A stretch of 64,000 bases of DNA from Octopus sinensis (Eukaryota), in assembly GCF_006345805.1 (NCBI RefSeq), contig NC_043007.1, positions 3,782,001-3,846,000 on the forward strand, in the 5' to 3' direction. Shown piece after piece: positions 38,787-51,185 of the stretch (positions are counted from its first letter, which is position 1; the number at the start of each line of letters is the position of its first letter). The notes under the pieces are model-generated. The model saw only the letters and a program-made list of their open reading frames with translations, did not search any database and had not been told where the DNA came from. The position numbers and the translations under genes were made by a program.

Positions 38787-39027
38787 ATTTACAGAAGGCG
38801 GTGAGCTGGCAGAACCGTTAGCATGCGGTGCGAAATGCTTAGTGGTATTTTGTCTGCTGTTACGGTCTGAGTTCAAATTCCGCTGAGGTCGACTTTGCTT
38901 TTCATCCTTTCGGGGTCGATAAATTAAGTACCAGTTACGCACTGGGGTCAATGTAATTGACTTAATCCGTTTGTCTGTCTTTGTCCCCTCTGTGTTTAGC
39001 CCTTTGTGGGTAGTAAAGAAATAGGTT
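38787..39027 (+). mobile_element. SINE family B, long tail
   Basis: Consensus; TSD aggtttatcatttacagaa. Confidence 0.88.
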
Positions 39028-40420
39028 TATCATTTACAGAACCAATGCCAATTTTGCTTGAGGATTGCATTAAGGGTACACGTGTCTGTGGAATACTCAA
39101 CCACTTATACTAATACAACGGGTAGGTACTACACATTGCATTGAACATCACTGAACAACTAAAGTGCTTGTTAAAAAACTGTGACATACCAAATACTGCA
39201 CACACAAAATGTATTTTTAGTGGGTGTTAATTTAATGGCATGTAAATAACTGTGTGTTAACTACATCAGCTTAAGAAGAAAAGAAAAAAAGGGATAAAAT
39301 AATATACAAAACAAACGAAATATATTTTTAAAAAAATAATGAGTTTACGGTATAGAATAGTCTGTAATATGTTGGAAAAGGGCAAAAGAGGGACAGAAAG
39401 CAAAAATCAGTCAAGTAAAGACTCCTTAAAATATTTAGTGTTTGGACTACAATTTTAGCAACAAAAGACATACAGCATTTTTTCTAAGCATGAAGAAAGG
39501 TAAGGATAGAAAAGATTGGGAAAAAAGAAAAGTGTCTTTTCCCTCAAAAAGATGATTAGCTATTCTGTTTGAAACGATGCTTGAATGAAAGAATAATGTT
39601 GCAAGGGACATAACTCCAACCAACTCCAATTCAATCTTTAAGTCGTCGTAACAAATGGATTGAATACAATTGGGTCTGTTGAATGGCATTGATGCTCAAA
39701 ATGACAAGTACCAGGCCCCTAAACCCCCAAATATTTACGAAGTTCTTTTACTCCAAACCATTTTTTATTATTGAAAAACACAAAACAGAGTTTGCATCCA
39801 TATAATTCTTCTTTATTTAACATAGTGTTGGATACATTTAAAAATTTGGAAACAAACATGCATAATAAAATTAGGAATTTTATAAAGCCTGGGATTTGTC
39901 TGCATCCTTTTCGATCTTCACAGCCCCATAATTCACTGAAGCAAGGAAGAGAGACAGAGTGGAGTGGAGAAGGTTGGGGAAGAGCAAATAGGAAGAAAGA
40001 GGGAGTGCAAAGAAGAAAGGGAATAAAGATAGACAGGAGGTAGTTGAGAAAGATGGACAGAGGAAGAAATGGAAGGTGGTAAAGGGAGGAAAACAGCAGA
40101 TAGAAATAGATGGGGAAGGATTTGTGCACAAGAGGAGAGAGGAGAAGGACAGAGAAATGGATAGAAAAGAGAGAAAGTCTGGTACCAAATATTGAACACT
40201 GTGTGGGGTACTGAGTGGGAACAGAAGTGAGTGTGTGACATTACATTGACTAATAACCACACACACACACATAGACACTTAGCATTGTAGGTGTTCTAAC
40301 ACCTTCTGTCATATCTAATGACAATTATAGTTTTTCTCTGTTTGGTCAATCATTGCTAAACCATTGCCTAATTTAATAATATATATATATAATTAGTATA
40401 TATATATAATATATATATAT

Positions 40421-40770
40421 CATCATCATCATCATCATCATCATCATTTAGCGTCCGCTTTCCATGCTAGCATGGGTTGGACGGGTCAACTGGGGTCTGT
40501 GAAGCTGGAAGGCTTCATCAGGCCCAGTCAGATCTGGCAGTGTTTCTACGGCTCGATGCCATATATATATATGTATATACTAAATATTTTCTTCTACTCT
40601 TTTACTTGTTTCAGTCATTTGACTGCAGCCATGCTGGAGCACTTAAAGGGTTTTAGTCAAAAAATTGACCCCAGGACTTATTCTATCAGTCTCTTTTACT
40701 GAACTGTTAAGTTACAGGTGACATAAACACACCATCATCGGTTATCATGTGATGGTGGAGGACAAACACA
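40421..40770 (-). mobile_element. RTE 3' tip (40421-40560) next to a SINE family A 3' half (40585-40770)
   Basis: Reverse complements of both consensus tails. Confidence 0.75.
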
Positions 40771-40792
40771 CACACATACACACACACATGTG

Positions 40793-40831
<39 letters not shown>

Positions 40832-40934
40832 CACACACACATGTGCACGCACACACACACACAAACACACACAAACACACACACACATATATATATATAG
40901 TTATGGCATATTCCTGTTGACTCCAATTTTTTCA

Positions 40935-41219
40935 ATTGTGAAGGAAAACCTGAAGAAATTGGATATGAACAAAAGTGATTGGGAAATTGATGTTCTAGAT
41001 CGGAACAAGAGGAGAGGTGCTGTTAGGACTGGTTGCAAGGCCTGGGAGGGAAAGATGATTCAGCAGTCTGAACTTGAAAGGGCCTGTCACAAAGGAACAA
41101 TTGGGACTGGAATCAACAGTGAACATTGGGTACGTATTATATGCGACCGTGTTCTGTTGTCAAAAGGGAGATACATGAATCATATGAAGTTACATGGAGA
41201 GTGGGGTCTGCTACAGTAG
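40935..41219 (+). pseudogene. RTE ORF2 C-terminus relic (C2H2-ended lineage)
   Basis: VKENLKKLDMNKSDWEIDVLDRNKRRGAVRTG..IICDRVLLSKGRYMNHMKLH resembles WExxAxDRxxWR..CxxCxRxxxSxxGxxxHxxxH. Confidence 0.7.
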
Positions 41220-41569
41220 CAGCAGTGTAAGATGTGTGATTTGGAAAGCAGGAAGCTGGCAGAAACGTTAGCATGCCAGGTGAAATGCTTGGCAGTATTT
41301 CGTCTGTCTTTACGTTCTGAGTTCAAACTCCACCAAGGTTGACTTTACCTTTCATCCTTTTGGGGACGATAAAATAAGTATCAGTTGCATACTGGTACTT
41401 AAGGTTCCTTCTCAAAACAAGAACAAAGGACAAAAATGATTAAATAAATAAAAAGTCCAGAATGTTAACTGGAGAAGCTGGTCATAAAATTCCGAAGGGA
41501 ACTCTCTAGAAGGATATATTACTGAACTAAAGCATTGTCAACATCAAAATTTAAAGTATATATAGATAG

Positions 41570-42290
41570 CATCAGCAGCAACAACAACAACATGACCAGC
41601 ATTGTGTGGTCTCTGTTAATAAGATACACATTCCTGCTGCTCACTTCTTAGACAGAACTGCAGTTCTGGATCAAGAAAAGACTAAGATTGGGCATCTGAC
41701 ACCTGGAATGCTTACAGGTACTCACCACCCTTTGCCAGTAAAGCGATCAATGTAGTACTATGTAATCGATGGTAGTACTAACTTAGCAGTATATAGAAAT
41801 CTGGTGGCAGGTGAGAGCGATGACATTCTCAGGGAAACTCTAGACATCAACAAGGACAATGTAGCTGATCTGTTTCAGATGAGGCTGACCATGATGCACA
41901 TGGAGCAACAAAACCATGCTGCACACACTCGTGCTGTGTCTGAGCATTACTGATTTGTGGAGTTATGTTGAAAAGCTGTTGTTACATGTAGGACAAATCT
42001 AACTATCATAAGGATTGTCCACCATCCATGTTTTCCAAAGCCTGGCAGGCTTCTGTCTTATGTTATATTATAACATAAAAGGGTGTATGGTGGACGACAC
42101 TGAAAGGATTGAGGAAAGGTGTGCATCTCTTTAGTCAAGCCCACATTGACCTTTGTAAGTTTCAATTGGAAAAGTAAATGAGGGTGGCGAGGGAGGGGCT
42201 TTCTCCTAGGGAATATGTAAAAAGTGGGTGACTGGTAAAAACGGTTAGGGTGAATGGGCCTACTCTAAGCATTTACCCATAGATTAGAGA
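41570..42290 (+). pseudogene. Decayed reading frame of unknown family
   Basis: About 230 codons of non-repetitive protein-like sequence in one frame with ~5 internal stops; the +1 frame I checked has many more stops. Confidence 0.4.
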
Positions 42291-42756
42291 ATAACAGTTG
42301 GGTGAGGGCTCGTGTCTTTGGTAGTCAGGGTAATCCTGGATGTGTGGACTTACTGCCAGGTCACCATTACTTCCAGCTCTTCTCTGGTCATGGGGAGTGG
42401 TACCTATCAACAGCTTCAGTTAAGTGTTAAATAAAAACAGATGGTCTTGTGGTTAAGGCATGGAGGACTCAAAAGAGGACTGACTCCTAGACATGTGTCA
42501 CATGATCCACCAGTCATGTGAACCAGTCCCCATACTAGAGGATTAGATTGGCCCTGTGTATCAAGGGTATGCTCAGGAAAGTAGGGGGTTGCAGAGTAAA
42601 CAGTAAATAAACCAGCAGAAAGTAATGGAAAGCCATTGCTGTATCTTTTCCCAATCTTCCTGAATCTTTAGACTCTGGCATGACACCTCACAAAGGGTGG
42701 CATGTAAGTAACTCGTCTTCATGTTCTTCTCCATCACATGCAGATATTGGGTTCCA

Positions 42757-42870
42757 TGCAGAAGCAATGTGCTATCACTGAATTCTTAACATAAAAGGGA
42801 TGCCGGTTGTTCATCAATTGGAGAAAGCTACGGATCATTTAAGGAGACAGAAGCAATGTACACGGATGAA
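42757..42870 (+). pseudogene. mariner transposase N-terminal relic
   Basis: KQCAITEFLT*KG..*GD resembles KQRAVIEFLxxEG..YGD. Confidence 0.35.
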
Positions 42871-43269
42871 GGAAGAAGTTCAACCGTTTAGCATTTAAAC
42901 TGGCCACACCCAGCTTAAATATGCTGTTTTATGTTCAAAATGGCCAGATCCGGTTTCCCACACCTACCCTGCAATATCATTCTAAAAACAAACATTCACA
43001 GCATTGAAATCTTGAAGCTACAAGATAATGCTTAATCTATACAAAACCATGTGAATAAATAAGATTCACATTTGAGAGAGGAATCTGAAAGCTAAAGAGT
43101 TATAGAAAGGGAAACCAGCATTGAATACAAATGATGCAGTGGGAGGCCGTCAATTGTGGCTACTACTGACATGCATTGCAAAGGAGTGGGTGAATTGATT
43201 CACAAAGTCAAATGAGTCACAATTAGACAGGTCATAATGTATTACAAGGTTGTGGGTAGCGATTTTCTT

Positions 43270-43790
43270 CACTACTTCAGGGAGTGACGACCCTGCCTGA
43301 TACGAGTCCCAGGCTCAGCTGGCTCTGGCTGACAGTACCCATTATGGGCCCCTATCCAGGGTTACAGAAAGGTGACAACCTTCAAAGAAATCCTGAGTGG
43401 AGCCCTGTAGGCGGTTTAGTGTTCGACTCGACACTCTTCTGACAGCTCCTGTAACCAAGCTGGTGCCAAACGTAATGCTCTGCATTCCTTTGGACTATGT
43501 CAGCAAGGTTGAGAGAGGAATCCTGATGATTGGGCTACCCAGGATTTTCTTACATCTAGCCCAGGCATGCGCAAAACTGGAGAGGAAACTGGAGAGGACA
43601 TGAAATGTAAAAACCAGACTGGATTAGTTTATGCGCAACTCCATTGTCTCTCGAGACAAAAGGATGCCAACAACAACAAATGTATTACAGAAAATGGTGG
43701 AAGTCTTTGGGTACCTGAAAGTGTGCACACAGTAGGTACCTCTGCAGTGGAAGGAGAGAAGAAGCGAGTAAAACAGAGCACACCTGAATT
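43270..43790 (+). mobile_element. Probable RTE 5'UTR and endonuclease start relic
   Basis: GC-richer UTR-like block ending in ggtacctgaaagtgtgcacac, read as a decayed GTWNVRT motif. Confidence 0.4.
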
Positions 43791-44738
43791 CTTTTAAAAA
43801 AAGATTTAAGATTTGGATTCAACAATGACATAAATACACAGCTTGTGATGGAGACTATGTTGAGCAGTACCTTCGTTTGGAGGAAAATCTACCCCTACTA
43901 ACATCTGCAATTTGAATGACCCGTGTCAGTTAATAAAAAGCTATGCTCACTTTTGGATAACTTTTGGTACAAGATTCGTATTAGGTAATGTAAAATATAA
44001 GGTTGGAATTTTTTAGACCAATTTGTAAGACTATTTTATGTATTCTAAGGAAATCTGGACAGATTTTAGATAATTCATTTCAAATTAAAGCATCATGCGA
44101 AAATTAAACTTTTTAATAGTTATGACATCCTGAAGAATTCTGTCACTATTATTTCTCAGAATTGAGTTGCAGAGTCCACTTAAGGTGACCCTACGATTAT
44201 TCATTAGATTTTGACACATTAAAATGAAGCAGACATGTATTTCAAATGGAAACAATGTTTCAGAATTATGCCAGAATGGTAATGGAATGCTGTGCGATAT
44301 TTTTGCCTTTCTGAAAGCACCAGTGGCTTATTTGAATAGGTTATAACCTTGACTTAGAATCAGGTATGGGACCAACTCATTCTACAAGGACTTCCTTTTG
44401 GAACCAAAACTATAAATACCGATTTCTTAGAAAAGTAAAAAAAAAAATATCATGCATATTCCATACTTGGAAGTATGGGATTGTGTGACATTCAACCATT
44501 TATAATTAGTTGGTCGAAGCAGCCTTAGCTCTTAATAGCAGTCTCACTTCGCCATAAAATTAAATAATCTCTTTTTTAATTAGGATTTTTCGAAAGAGAA
44601 ACTACTGAATCGGTTAAATAAACAAAAGCTTTTATGTCAATATAAAATTACAAGACCGCGTCAATAAATCAAGAAAAATAACTCTTCATAAACACTTTAC
44701 GCAGTTACTTCCCTTGAAATTAATAACGCTTACGTAAA

Positions 44739-45128
44739 TCTCTCTATATAAATCTGAAGTTGTCTGTGTATGGCAGGTTTGGTAGCCTTCAACTAACACT
44801 ATCTCTTCTGAGACCCTGCGGCGCAAGTTGACCAAAATTGAGAGTATGATAGAAGAAGGCTTGCTCTTCCTTCCGTAGGAGAAAAAATTCAAATCGGACC
44901 ATGTTAACACCAAAAATTATTTACATCAAAAAGGTGCTTTTTTTCTATGAAAATCCCTATCTTTTACGATTTCTTTACTGCTGTGTCGCCATTTTTCGGT
45001 GTATTTCAACCAGGAAAATGTTCACTTAAAGAGAATAACAAGCTACATAATGCAAAATTTATACTTTTCAAAAATTCCAATTCTAAAGGGTCGAAACAAA
45101 CCCGAGCAATGCTGGGCGATACTGCTAG
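44739..45128 (+). mobile_element. Non-autonomous Helitron, complete (390 bp)
   Basis: Inserted between A and T; 5' TC; subterminal hairpin cccgagcaatgctggg (45101-45116); 3' CTAG 8 nt later; no TSD. Confidence 0.78.
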
Positions 45129-45679
45129 TTCTTTATTAAATCTCAAGCAAATAATGTGATTGGTTCAGCTGAGGAACAACTTGGTGATGGCAGAGGTGCT
45201 GGTTGTCACTGTTTTACCAAAAGTCAGCCCTAATCGCGCAGTTCTGTGATGGAGGTCATTCCAGTCGTGACCAATACTTCCACCTACAGTCGCATTATCG
45301 AATGTATCTTTTTTCTAAAAAGGACGTGATACGAGGGAGCTTGGTGGTTATTTTTAGTAGGCCCAGCGACTTTGTTATTTCTCATGTCAACTCGATACAA
45401 TTCAATTGAATTTATAAATATCGATTAACGTTAATATATTAAGATTTTGCCTTTTCTTAACGACCATATTTTATTTTTTTCCAATCCAAAAAGATAAGAA
45501 GTAAAGTTGACAATTGGTAGGATTTGAACTCAGATTGTAAAGAGACGGAATAAATGTCACTAAGCACAGTGTCTGACACTCTAACAATTCTACCAACGCA
45601 CCACCTTAAACTGGTCCCTAATTTAAGTGAAGGCCAGCAGTATTGTGGCTAGAGGTTTGTTAATACCATTGACCCCAGT

Positions 45680-46445
45680 CAGCACTGGATTAACCATTTA
45701 GCATAATAAACATATGCTTAAGGTATCAAGGGGCGGGGGCACCATAGAAATGGTAAATGGTTTACAGCACAAAAGAAATCACTTTAAACTTGTTAATTTA
45801 ATATTCAAAGTGGTTTATGTGATTGGAAATATAATTTTGAAGTGTTCATGATGTCATGGTGAGAACCTGATCAAAGATTTTGCAATTAAAAAAAGTAGGA
45901 GAAAATTCTTCAAATATGAATGAAGTGGAAAGAGATCTTTGGTGAGAAAGGATCTTCGGATGCTGGGCCTCACTGAGGAAATGACGAGGGGCTGGGAGAT
46001 GTGGCGATTTTCTGTACTTGATTAGACACGTCAAGCTAAGTAAAATCGCTGTCTTGCACACAAACAGGCTTCTCCTTTCAGGTGCCGGTGCCACTTAAAA
46101 GGCACCTGTGCCAGTGCTGCATTAACACACTTGTGCCAGTACTGCAGAAATGCACCAGTTCCAGTGGCATGTAAAAAACACCCAACACATTCTGCTAAGT
46201 GGTTGGCATTAGGAAGGGCATCCAACTGTAGAAACCATGCCACAACAGATAGTTGGAGTCTGGACAGCTCTCTGGTTGGCCAATTCCATGTAAAATTGTC
46301 AAACCCATACCAGCATGGAGAGAAGACGTTAAATGATGATGATGAGGATGGAATTATTACTGTTAGTTTTGTTTCATTTTGAAAAATTAAAATTTATTTT
46401 ACGATTTATTATTGTTCATATTTTGAATTACTAAATGCATGTATG

Positions 46446-46484
<39 letters not shown>

Positions 46485-46539
46485 GGGCACCAAAATCTTT
46501 GAAGTGATTAGGGCCTCTATGGGTGTTAATCCAACCTTG
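45680..46539 (+). mobile_element. hAT MITE (same family as 11548) with a nested RTE 3' end (45938-46346)
   Basis: TIRs cagcactggattaa / ttaatccaaccttg; body colinear with 11548-11954; the insert encodes KDLRMLGLTEEMT. Confidence 0.78.
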
Positions 46540-46703
46540 ATTCCAATACTTGTACTTGACAGGTACAAAATGTAAAGGGCCAGACAAATGGAACTCAGAA
46601 TGTAAAGACAAATGGAATGCTGCCAAGCATTTTGTCTTGTCTGCCAATGATTCTGGCAGCTTGCTGCCTTAATAATAATAATAATAATAATAATATTAAT
46701 AAT

Positions 46704-47258
46704 GGATGTGAGAGCCTTGCACAAAAAGAATATAAACGCCATTGGCTCTTATGCAGTAAATACCAATGTGAAGTAACAGAGAACTGGTATGACCATGTAC
46801 CAACTAAAGTTATATGCAGAAGGATGGAAAAGTAACAATACTCTAGGACTATGATTCTCAGATGGATTGTGTAATCGAACACCGTTGGCTAGATATTGTC
46901 ATATTGAATAAGAGAGACAAATACTGTCAGATCATTGACGTTGCCATAGCAAATGACATGACTGTTGTGAGTAAAGAGGTTGAAAAGAATCACCAAGTAC
47001 TCTGAATTGAAAGTGGAAATGGCAAGACTGTATGGAATGCGAGAGGGTAATGTAAAAGTGATATCAGTGATGATTGGAGCGTTGGGCTCAATCCCATTGA
47101 AACTTCAAGACTTCTTAAGGCAACTGGAAATCCCATGCAAGACGCAGCCTCACTGGGCACAGCTCACATCTTAAGGAAAGTATTTCTTGTCTGAGGTCCT
47201 TGTGACTTGACAGAGGACTAAAGACCCCGATGCATTTTTACCTACACTGTTACGAAGG
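46704..47258 (+). mobile_element. R4/Dong-type 3' fragment A
   Basis: GCESLAQKEYKRH..WYDHVP..DIVI..IIDVAI..KYSELKVE..IGALG..LGTAHILRKV; flanked by (AAT)n. Confidence 0.8.
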
Positions 47259-47286
47259 AATAACAATAATAATGATAATAATAATG

Positions 47287-47338
<52 letters not shown>

Positions 47339-47339
<1 letters not shown>

Positions 47340-47890
47340 GCATTATGAAATCAAAACTGTTGACAAGTGGTATGAACTCCACCCCAAGGTTGTAACTGAG
47401 AGAAAAAATGTAACGATTCTTTGGGACTCTCCAGTATATACAGACAGAACCATCAAAGTTAATCAACTGGAAAGGAAGCTAAGATCATAGATATTGCCAT
47501 ACCTGAGGCTGCATGTGTAGATGACAAAGAGCTGGAAAAAAATGGAGAAATTCAGGCTGCTAAAAGAGGAAATTGCAAGAATGAGGAGAGTAACTGTTAT
47601 TCCAGTGGTTGTAGGGGGCACTCGGAGCACTAACAACCAGGTTTGAGAAATATATCGGAGAAATTGGAATTGATATGAGGGCAGAGCAGGCCCCCAAAAA
47701 CTGCTCTATTGGGGACAGCTAGGATTTTGAGATGGATGCTTGAGTGTTGAGTGTCTTCCACAATAATTAATGATTAAGTATCAAAGCTTATAATTTGCAG
47801 AAAGAGACCCTTGTGAGACCTCTGACAACAGGTTGCTGTCTGCTCTCACAGAACCAACCAGAGCAAATAAGATCGAGAGCTCTGAGAAAC
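47339..47890 (+). mobile_element. R4/Dong-type 3' fragment B
   Basis: WYELHPKVVTE..ILWD..IIDIAIP..VIPVVVG..KTALLGTARILR plus its own 3'UTR; flanked by (AAT)n. Confidence 0.8.
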
Positions 47891-47892
47891 AA

Positions 47893-47932
<40 letters not shown>

Positions 47933-49984
47933 GAAGAGCAGAAAGGATGCTGCAAAGGCTCATATGGCTGTAAAGATCAACTAATGAATAATAAAGCCGT
48001 AACTGAAGACAGCCACAGAAAGAAGAAAGGCCTCAGTATGGCCTGGATTGACTACAAAAAGGCGTTTGATAGCATCCCCCACACATGGATCCTCGAAACA
48101 CTAGCCATTAACAAAGTAGCACCAACAATCATAAAATTCATAGAGCACTCTATGAATAAATGGCAAACAGTCCTACACCTCCAAACAAAAGAGGGACTCA
48201 TGAAAACCAAAGACATCCCCATTAGAAGAGGAATATTCCAGGGAGACACGCTCTCTCCACTCCTTTTCTGCTTGGCACTGTCACCTCTATCTGATATTCT
48301 AAATAGAACTGGATGCGGATATAAATGTTACGGCAAAACGATCAGCCACCTTTTATATATGGATGACCTAAAACTATACGCTGTAAATGACAAACAGCTG
48401 GAAACACTATTAAAGACAGTTCATGGATTTACCAAAGAAATAGATATGAAATTTGGATTAGAAAAATGCGCCAAAGTAACCCTGAAAAGAGGAAAACTAG
48501 TTAAGAGTAACAACATCACACTAGATAAAACCAATGAAATAAAAGAATTAGACCAAAGCCAAACTTACAAATACTTAGGAATCCATGAACTAGATAAGAC
48601 ACAACACACACAAATGAAAGAGAAAATAAAAAAAGAATATTATAGACGAGTTAGATCAATACTAAACACAGAGCTCAATGGTAAAAACAAGATAATAGGT
48701 ATCAACACTTTAGCTGTCCCAGTTATAAGTTACAGCTACAATATCCTTAACTGGACACGAAATGAACTGACCAAAATAGATAGGAAAACAAGAAAAATAA
48801 TGACAGGATCTAGGATGCATCACCCAAAATCTGACATAGAAAGACTATATATACAACGTATAGAAGGTGGTAGAGGCCTTATACAGCTGGAAAACTACTA
48901 TAAAATAACCACCATAGAACTGCAAAAATATCTACTCCAGATAGCGGCAAAACACGAGCAAAACAAAAAACTGTTCTCAGTATTTAAGGAAGCTGACAAA
49001 TACAAACAAGAAATCATACCACCTAATAAACATGAAGAAGAAGAATAAGATGAAGAAACAACAAAAGCTATATAACAAATGAAATCCAAACTAAAAATAG
49101 AACAGCAACGAACCATGATAAAACGATGGCAAGAAAAGCCCCTTCATGGTAAATACTGAACTAAACTAAACGCAAAAGAAATAGACAAAGAAAAATCCCA
49201 GCAATGGTTGAGAAGCTCAGGACTCAAAGCAGAAACAGAGGGATTTTTAATTGCAGCACAAGACCAAAGCCTCTCCACCAGAAATTACCAAAAACATGTA
49301 ATGAAAAGAAATATTACAAGTAACTGCAGAATATGTGGAGATGGACAAGAAACAATAAATCATATTATCTCTAGCTGCCCAGTCTTGGCTAAGAAGGAAT
49401 ATATTCACAGACATGACAGAGTTGGAACCTACATACATTGGAAGCTATGCCAACATTATGGAATAACAACAGAAAAAAGATGGTATAGGCACACACCAGA
49501 AAAGGTCACAGAAAACGAGAAAGCAACCATACTCTGGGATATGCCGATACACACAGATAGAGAAATTAAGGCCAACAGACCAGTTGTCAGAGATCATGAA
49601 GAAAAAAAATGCTTTCTAATTGATGTATCAATACCGGCTGATGACAACGTGTCTCTAAAAGAAATGGAGAAACTCTAAAATACAAAGACCTGGAAATAGA
49701 GGTAACTAGAATGTGGAATCTGAAAACAGAAACAATTCCTATCATAGTAGGTGCATTAGGCATGATAAAAAAATATTCAGACAAATACATAACAAAAACA
49801 CCAGGACTTACAAACACATATAACATACAGAAAATTGCACTACTAGGCACTACACACATCCTACACAGAACACTTTCCATACAATAACCATCAGAGCATC
49901 ACAACAAATCACAGCACATACCCAAGGCACACAGAGCTGTGCTCGGTAGTGAAGTGAAAGCACGCTATAAAAATAAAACTACTG
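47933..49984 (+). mobile_element. R4/Dong-type RLE retrotransposon C, 5'-truncated (RT, CCHC, RLE), disabled
   Basis: WIDYKKAFDS, RGIFQGDTLSPLLF, LLYMDDLKLY, YKYLG; CRICGDGQETINHIISSC knuckle; ILWD..NRP..LIDVSIP..KE.EK RLE motif. In-frame stops at 49046, 49073 and 49157, frameshift near 49675, natural stop 49885-49887; (AAT)n on both sides. Confidence 0.92.
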
Positions 49985-50035
49985 AATAATAATGATAATA
50001 ATAATAATAATAACACCAACAACAACAATAATAAT

Positions 50036-50708
50036 CCTTTCTACCATAGGTACAAAGCCAATAGGGGCCAAATCAATTACATCGACCCTAGTGCTTGACT
50101 GGTACTTATTTTCTTGACCCCTGAAAGAATGAAAGGCAAAATTGACCTCAGCGGAATTTGAATTCAGAACATTAAAGATGGACAAAATACCACTCAGTAT
50201 TTTGTCGTGTAAGCAAACGGTCCTGCCAGTTCACAGCCTTAATTAGAATAATAATGATAATAATAACAGTCCTTTCTGCTAAAGGCACAAGGCCTGAAAT
50301 TTTGGAGGAGGGGGTTAGTTGATTACATCGATCCCCAGTGTTTTACTTAATTTATTGACCCTGATAGGATGAAAGGTGAAGTCAACCTTGGTGGAATTTG
50401 AAATCAGAACATAAGCATCTTATCTGGCACACTAATGATTCTGCTAGCCCACTGCCTTAAGAATAATAATAATAATAATAATGATAATAATCCTTTCTGC
50501 TATAGGCACAAGGCCTGAAATTTTTGGGGGAGGGGGCTAGATCAATCAGACTGACCCCAGTGTTTCACTGGTATTTATTTTATCGACTCTGAGAGGATGA
50601 AAGGCAAAGTCGACCTTGATGGAATTTGAACTCAGAACGTAAAGACAGACTAAATGGTGCTAAGCATTTTGCCTGGCGTGCTGACGATTCTGCCGGCTCA
50701 CCACCTTA
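50036..50708 (-). mobile_element. Three tandem SINE family B short-tail copies (50036-50241, 50270-50460, 50491-50708)
   Basis: Each has the family core and the tail ggccttgtgcct.tag.agaaagga(tta)n; separated by (AAT)n. Confidence 0.82.
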
Positions 50709-50772
50709 GAATAATAATAATAATAATAATAGTAATAACAATAATAATAAGCAATAAGAAGCAATAAGAATA

Positions 50773-51185
50773 GGTGCAGGAGTGGCTGTGTGGTAAGTAG
50801 CTTTTTACCAACCACATGGTTCCGGGTTCAGTCCCACTGTGTGGCACCTTGGGCAAGTGTCTTCTACTATAGCCTCGGGCCAACCAAAGCCTTGTGAGTG
50901 GATTTGGTAGACGGAAACTGAAAGAAGCCCGTCGTATATATGTATATATATATGCGTGTGTGTGTTTGTGTGTCTGTGTTTGTCCCCCTAGCATTGCTTG
51001 ACAACCGATGCTGGTGTGTTTATGTCCCCATAACTTAGCGGGTCGGCAAAAGAGAACGATAGAATAAGTACTGGGCTTACAAAAGAATAAGTCCCGGGGT
51101 CGAGTTGATCGATTAAAGGCGGTGCTCCAGCATGGCCGCAGTCAAATGACTGAAACAAGTAAAAGAGTAAAAAAGAGAGAGTAAA
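50773..51185 (+). mobile_element. SINE family A, full length, young
   Basis: All modules, CpGs intact. Confidence 0.9.
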
